DNA of 53,401 nucleotides from an uncultured bacterium (GTDB lineage Bacteria; Chlamydiota; Chlamydiia; Chlamydiales; SM23-39): NCBI GenBank assembly GCA_964415395.1, contig CAYPZU010000004.1, positions 1,287 to 54,687 of the forward strand, read 5' to 3'. Shown piece by piece: positions 50,524 to 53,401 of this stretch (position 1 is its first letter; each line of letters starts with the position of its first letter). The notes under the pieces were generated by a model. It saw only the letters and a program-made list of their open reading frames with translations, ran no database searches and was not told where the DNA came from. The position numbers and the translations under genes were made by a program.

Positions 50524-53401
50524 ATGAAAATCATTATCTTTCTCCTTCCTGTTATTTCTCTTGCAGCCCTCCCAAAGGGAAGCGTCGTCATTTCTGGAAA
50601 GGCCGAAATTACTCCGGCAAAAATCGAAGCAGAAGACCGGACCGTCATCCATTGGAGCGACTTTTCGATCGAAGAAGGAGAGCGCTTCGAGTTTTCGCTT
50701 CCGAACAGCGATTCCGCCGTCCTCAACCGCGTTGTTGAAATGGTTCCCAGCCGGCTGATGGGGCTCCTTGAATCGAACGGCCGAGTGATCCTGATTAATC
50801 CCCAAGGAATCCTGGTTGGAAAATCAGGCCTAATCAACACGGGAGCGTTTATCGCATCGAGTTTGGACCTGCTTGACCGGACATTCGTCGAAAGAGGCTT
50901 TTTGGAAGGAACCTCAAATGCCCGCGGATCGGTAATCAACCTGGGAAGCATCGCAAGCCGGGAAGTGTGCCTGGCGGGATTTACAGTAGAGAACGAGGGA
51001 AAGATCGAAGCTGATCGGGCCGCGCTGGCGGGAACAACCGGAATCGGGATGCAATTAAACCCCCTAAAAATTCAAACCTGGGATTCGCAAACGATTGAAA
51101 ATCTGCCAACCCTCCTCCAGAAAGGATTTATTCTCGCAGACGACGTTCTGTGCCTCGCTGGATCGATCGATATGCCAGGAGAAATCGAAGGAAAAGAAGT
51201 GCGGATTGGAGGGGACTTCAGAGGCGGCAACGAAATGTGGAAAAACGCCCGCATTGTTCGGATCGACGGGAGCATCCGCGCTGACGGAGATCAGGGGGGC
51301 AAAGTCATCGCCTGGTCGGATGGCGCGCTCGGATTCTACGGTTCGATTTCCGCCCGCGGGATCGAAGAGGGAGGATTCGCCGAAGTATCTGCGAAAAACT
51401 ATCTCGAATATCGAGGTCTGGCCGATCTTAGATCCGAAAGAGGCCTTTCAGGAACCCTGCTCATCGACCCGCCGGATATCTCGATCAACACGAATCCCAA
51501 CAGTCCTGGAGTGGTGGCGGGAGTTGTCTATACAATCCCGGCCCTTGCCGCAGTCGACATCAACAATGGGAACTTGAGCAGCCAGCTCGATCTTTCCAAC
51601 GTTCTCATCTCAACAAATACGGCAGGAGGCGGAACCGGGCATATCTCTGTAGATGCTCCGATTAACTGGACCCTGATGCCAAATACCTTGACCCTCGAAA
51701 CGACGGGCACTTCCGGATCGATTTTTGTCAACGACCTGATCTCAAGCTCAACGGGAGGCAATGTCGTTCTAAATTCCGGAGCCGATATTTCTGTGACTGG
51801 ACCCGCAGCCGAAATCGACCTGGATACAGGGAGCGGCTCGATCTCTATGAGTGCAGTTGGCTCAATCTTGATTGAAAGCGGACTGGTCAATTCGCTTCTT
51901 GTCGGTTCAGGGAAAATATCGCTGATTGCCGACGGATCGATCTTCATCGGAGGATCGGTCAGAGCGACTCTTACCGACTTGAATCTCGCTATACCCCAAA
52001 TCACAGTGATTGCAGATGCAGACTCCGATGGGATCGGAGATGTCCAGATCGGAACAGCGACGATGCCGAATCTGGCGGAGCTGAAGACATTCCAGGGCGA
52101 TATTTTTGTCCAAGGCTACAACGTCGGGCTTGGAAATCCCTTAAGTCCGTTCGCGTCAAATCTCGACGCCGGAACCGGCCTTGTGTACGGAGGAGTTGTG
52201 GTGAATGCATACCACGATTTCAACATGCTTGGAGGGCTCGGGGCCTCAGCCCTGAATTGGCGAGGAGCCGATGCGATCATCTCAGTCCGACATGACGCAA
52301 ACCTCGTCGGGGGAAACATGCCTTCCGCCTATGGCTTGATGCAAGGAGGCGGAGGCATTACTGTCCTGGCTGTCGGAAATGATCTTTTAATTCGGGGCGG
52401 AACCTCCACCGACACTGATGCTGGAATCGACGGGATTGCATTTGGCTCCAGCGATGTATCTGTTCTCGTAGGACGCGATCTCAGATTCGAAGCTCAACCT
52501 GGATCGCCTTTAATGACCGAAAGCGCGATCGCCGGCCTGGATAATACAATGATCCGGGTAGGACGGAATCTATTCGTCCAGGGGGGGTTCGACCCAACAA
52601 ACCTGAGCGTACTCTTGTCCGCAAACCCAAATTCAATCACCTCCATTTTCGCCGGAGGAAATATGACCTTTCAGAACGAAGTGACCGAAGTTTTATTCCA
52701 AATCACCCCTTTCTTTAACCACGACAGCACCGATCTGAGGGCCGGGGGCGATATCCGGATCGGTGCTACGATCGATAAAACGGGGGCGGGAGGTTATATC
52801 CATATAGAGAGCGATGCTGCCTTCGCCAATCTCTGGACCGCTACGCCAAATAGCGTTGCGCCGACCAACGGCAATCCAGCCGTTTTGGCTGGAACGCCTC
52901 TCGCAAGCCCCCTTCCCATTGCATCCGATGGAATCGGGGCTGTAATCGTCGACACTGGGTCTTTCGGCGCTGCTGCCTGGTCGACAATGAGCGGTGGCAT
53001 CTCGATTCTCAGCCGCGACGCAGGAACCAATGGCGCTGCAGCCGATTTCATCAACGGCCCTTTGGCCAACCAGGCCGGGATCGCCACCACATCCGGCGAT
53101 ATTCAAATCAACGGCTTCCGCAATATCCTGATCGATCCGCCTCTGATAACCACTGGAGATGTTTTCATCCGGGCTATGAACGATCTCACAGTCGAAATGC
53201 CCATCAGCGCGAGGAACATCACTCTCGTAATCGACGAACAGGGTCCTAATGGAACAATAGGCGGACTCTGGGACTCGCTCGGGGGATCGTTCTCCCTTCT
53301 TCCCGGAGTATCTCTCACCTCAACAGGAACACTCCAGATTTTCACAGCCCGACAGAACAATAATACGATCAGCGGCTTGCTCAATGGACAACCCTTTATT
53401 G
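50524..53401 (+). CDS. Filamentous-haemagglutinin-like exoprotein with an N-terminal TPS (haemagglutination activity) domain; partial, open at the 3' edge
   Basis: Absent from the ORF track because there is no stop in the window. I read frame 1 from 50524 through about the first 120 codons and from 51061 to 53401 (most of the 959 codons) and saw no stop; 50881-51060 was not read codon by codon, and the lack of a track ORF in this frame supports it being open. N-terminus: MKIIIFLLPVISLAALPKGSVVISGKAEI..TVIHWSDFSIEEGERFEFSLPNSDSAVLNRVV....LLESNGRVILINPQGILVGKSGLINTGAFIASSLD. Later: ..GGKVIAWSDGALGFYGSISARGIEEGGFAEVSAKNYLEYRGLADLRSERGLSGTLLIDPPDISI.., then Gly/Ser/Thr/Asn-rich beta-helix-like repeats. 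Confidence 0.85.
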   Translation, partial: MKIIIFLLPVISLAALPKGSVVISGKAEITPAKIEAEDRTVIHWSDFSIEEGERFEFSLPNSDSAVLNRVVEMVPSRLMGLLESNGRVILINPQGILVGKSGLINTGAFIASSLDLLDRTFVERGFLEGTSNARGSVINLGSIASREVCLAGFTVENEGKIEADRAALAGTTGIGMQLNPLKIQTWDSQTIENLPTLLQKGFILADDVLCLAGSIDMPGEIEGKEVRIGGDFRGGNEMWKNARIVRIDGSIRADGDQGGKVIAWSDGALGFYGSISARGIEEGGFAEVSAKNYLEYRGLADLRSERGLSGTLLIDPPDISINTNPNSPGVVAGVVYTIPALAAVDINNGNLSSQLDLSNVLISTNTAGGGTGHISVDAPINWTLMPNTLTLETTGTSGSIFVNDLISSSTGGNVVLNSGADISVTGPAAEIDLDTGSGSISMSAVGSILIESGLVNSLLVGSGKISLIADGSIFIGGSVRATLTDLNLAIPQITVIADADSDGIGDVQIGTATMPNLAELKTFQGDIFVQGYNVGLGNPLSPFASNLDAGTGLVYGGVVVNAYHDFNMLGGLGASALNWRGADAIISVRHDANLVGGNMPSAYGLMQGGGGITVLAVGNDLLIRGGTSTDTDAGIDGIAFGSSDVSVLVGRDLRFEAQPGSPLMTESAIAGLDNTMIRVGRNLFVQGGFDPTNLSVLLSANPNSITSIFAGGNMTFQNEVTEVLFQITPFFNHDSTDLRAGGDIRIGATIDKTGAGGYIHIESDAAFANLWTATPNSVAPTNGNPAVLAGTPLASPLPIASDGIGAVIVDTGSFGAAAWSTMSGGISILSRDAGTNGAAADFINGPLANQAGIATTSGDIQINGFRNILIDPPLITTGDVFIRAMNDLTVEMPISARNITLVIDEQGPNGTIGGLWDSLGGSFSLLPGVSLTSTGTLQIFTARQNNNTISGLLNGQPFI

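Noticed and set aside
50491-53384. Many short minus-strand and off-frame plus-strand ORFs in the last 3 kb
   Set aside because: Plus-strand frame 1 shows no stop where I read it (about the first 120 codons from 50524, and 51061 to 53401). It encodes a TPS/FHA-like protein. The listed ORFs are shadows of it.
1-53401. CRISPR arrays, IS elements/transposases, integrases, prophage genes, toxin-antitoxin pairs, rRNA/tRNA genes
   Set aside because: I looked for regularly spaced direct repeats, DDE/tyrosine-recombinase-like ORFs and tRNA cloverleaf signatures and found none. The only repeats are the in-frame ones in the Inc-like gene and the intergenic palindromes.

Overview
This is a 53.4-kb, densely coding chromosomal segment with about 50 CDSs. 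By eye I found no rRNA, tRNA, CRISPR array, transposase or integrase.

Taxonomy (inference only): the gene content and order point to a GC-rich, probably environmental member of the Chlamydiae/PVC group. The evidence is a long-insert IspG, a PPi-dependent phosphofructokinase (GGDDS / PKTIDGD), a pyrG-ruvX...zwf-pgl block, Inc-like hydrophobic hairpin proteins, LptD and a small PVC-type basic protein.

Layout:
- 1-13.1 kb is mostly minus strand: leuS (partial), a lipase-like protein, ispG, a hypothetical, a methyltransferase, a NAPE-PLD-like MBL hydrolase, a USP-type deubiquitinase, pfp and sdaA. One plus-strand MATE gene sits among them.
- 13.3-45.4 kb is an unbroken plus-strand train of about 36 genes. 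Many are joined by ATGA or 4-34 nt overlaps.
- The window then has one small minus-strand gene, followed by maf, a HEAT-repeat protein, lptD and the first 959 codons of a filamentous-haemagglutinin-like exoprotein that runs off the 3' edge.

Six CDSs are absent from the ORF track or needed a corrected start. These are leuS (open at the 5' edge), the FHA-like gene (open at the 3' edge), rpmG, two small basic ORFs, and ruvX with the correct start.

The most notable content is three eukaryote-like, ubiquitin-system-related proteins scattered among housekeeping genes:
1. A 621-aa WD40 propeller that is collinear with eukaryotic Cdc20/Cdh1 (Fizzy) APC/C co-activators and ends in an Ile-Arg tail.
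2. A USP (C19) deubiquitinase behind an Inc-like bilobed hydrophobic domain.
3. A repeat-rich, Inc-like protein carrying two canonical ubiquitin-interacting motifs.

All family calls rest on reading the translated sequence and recalling family signatures. No database search was run.
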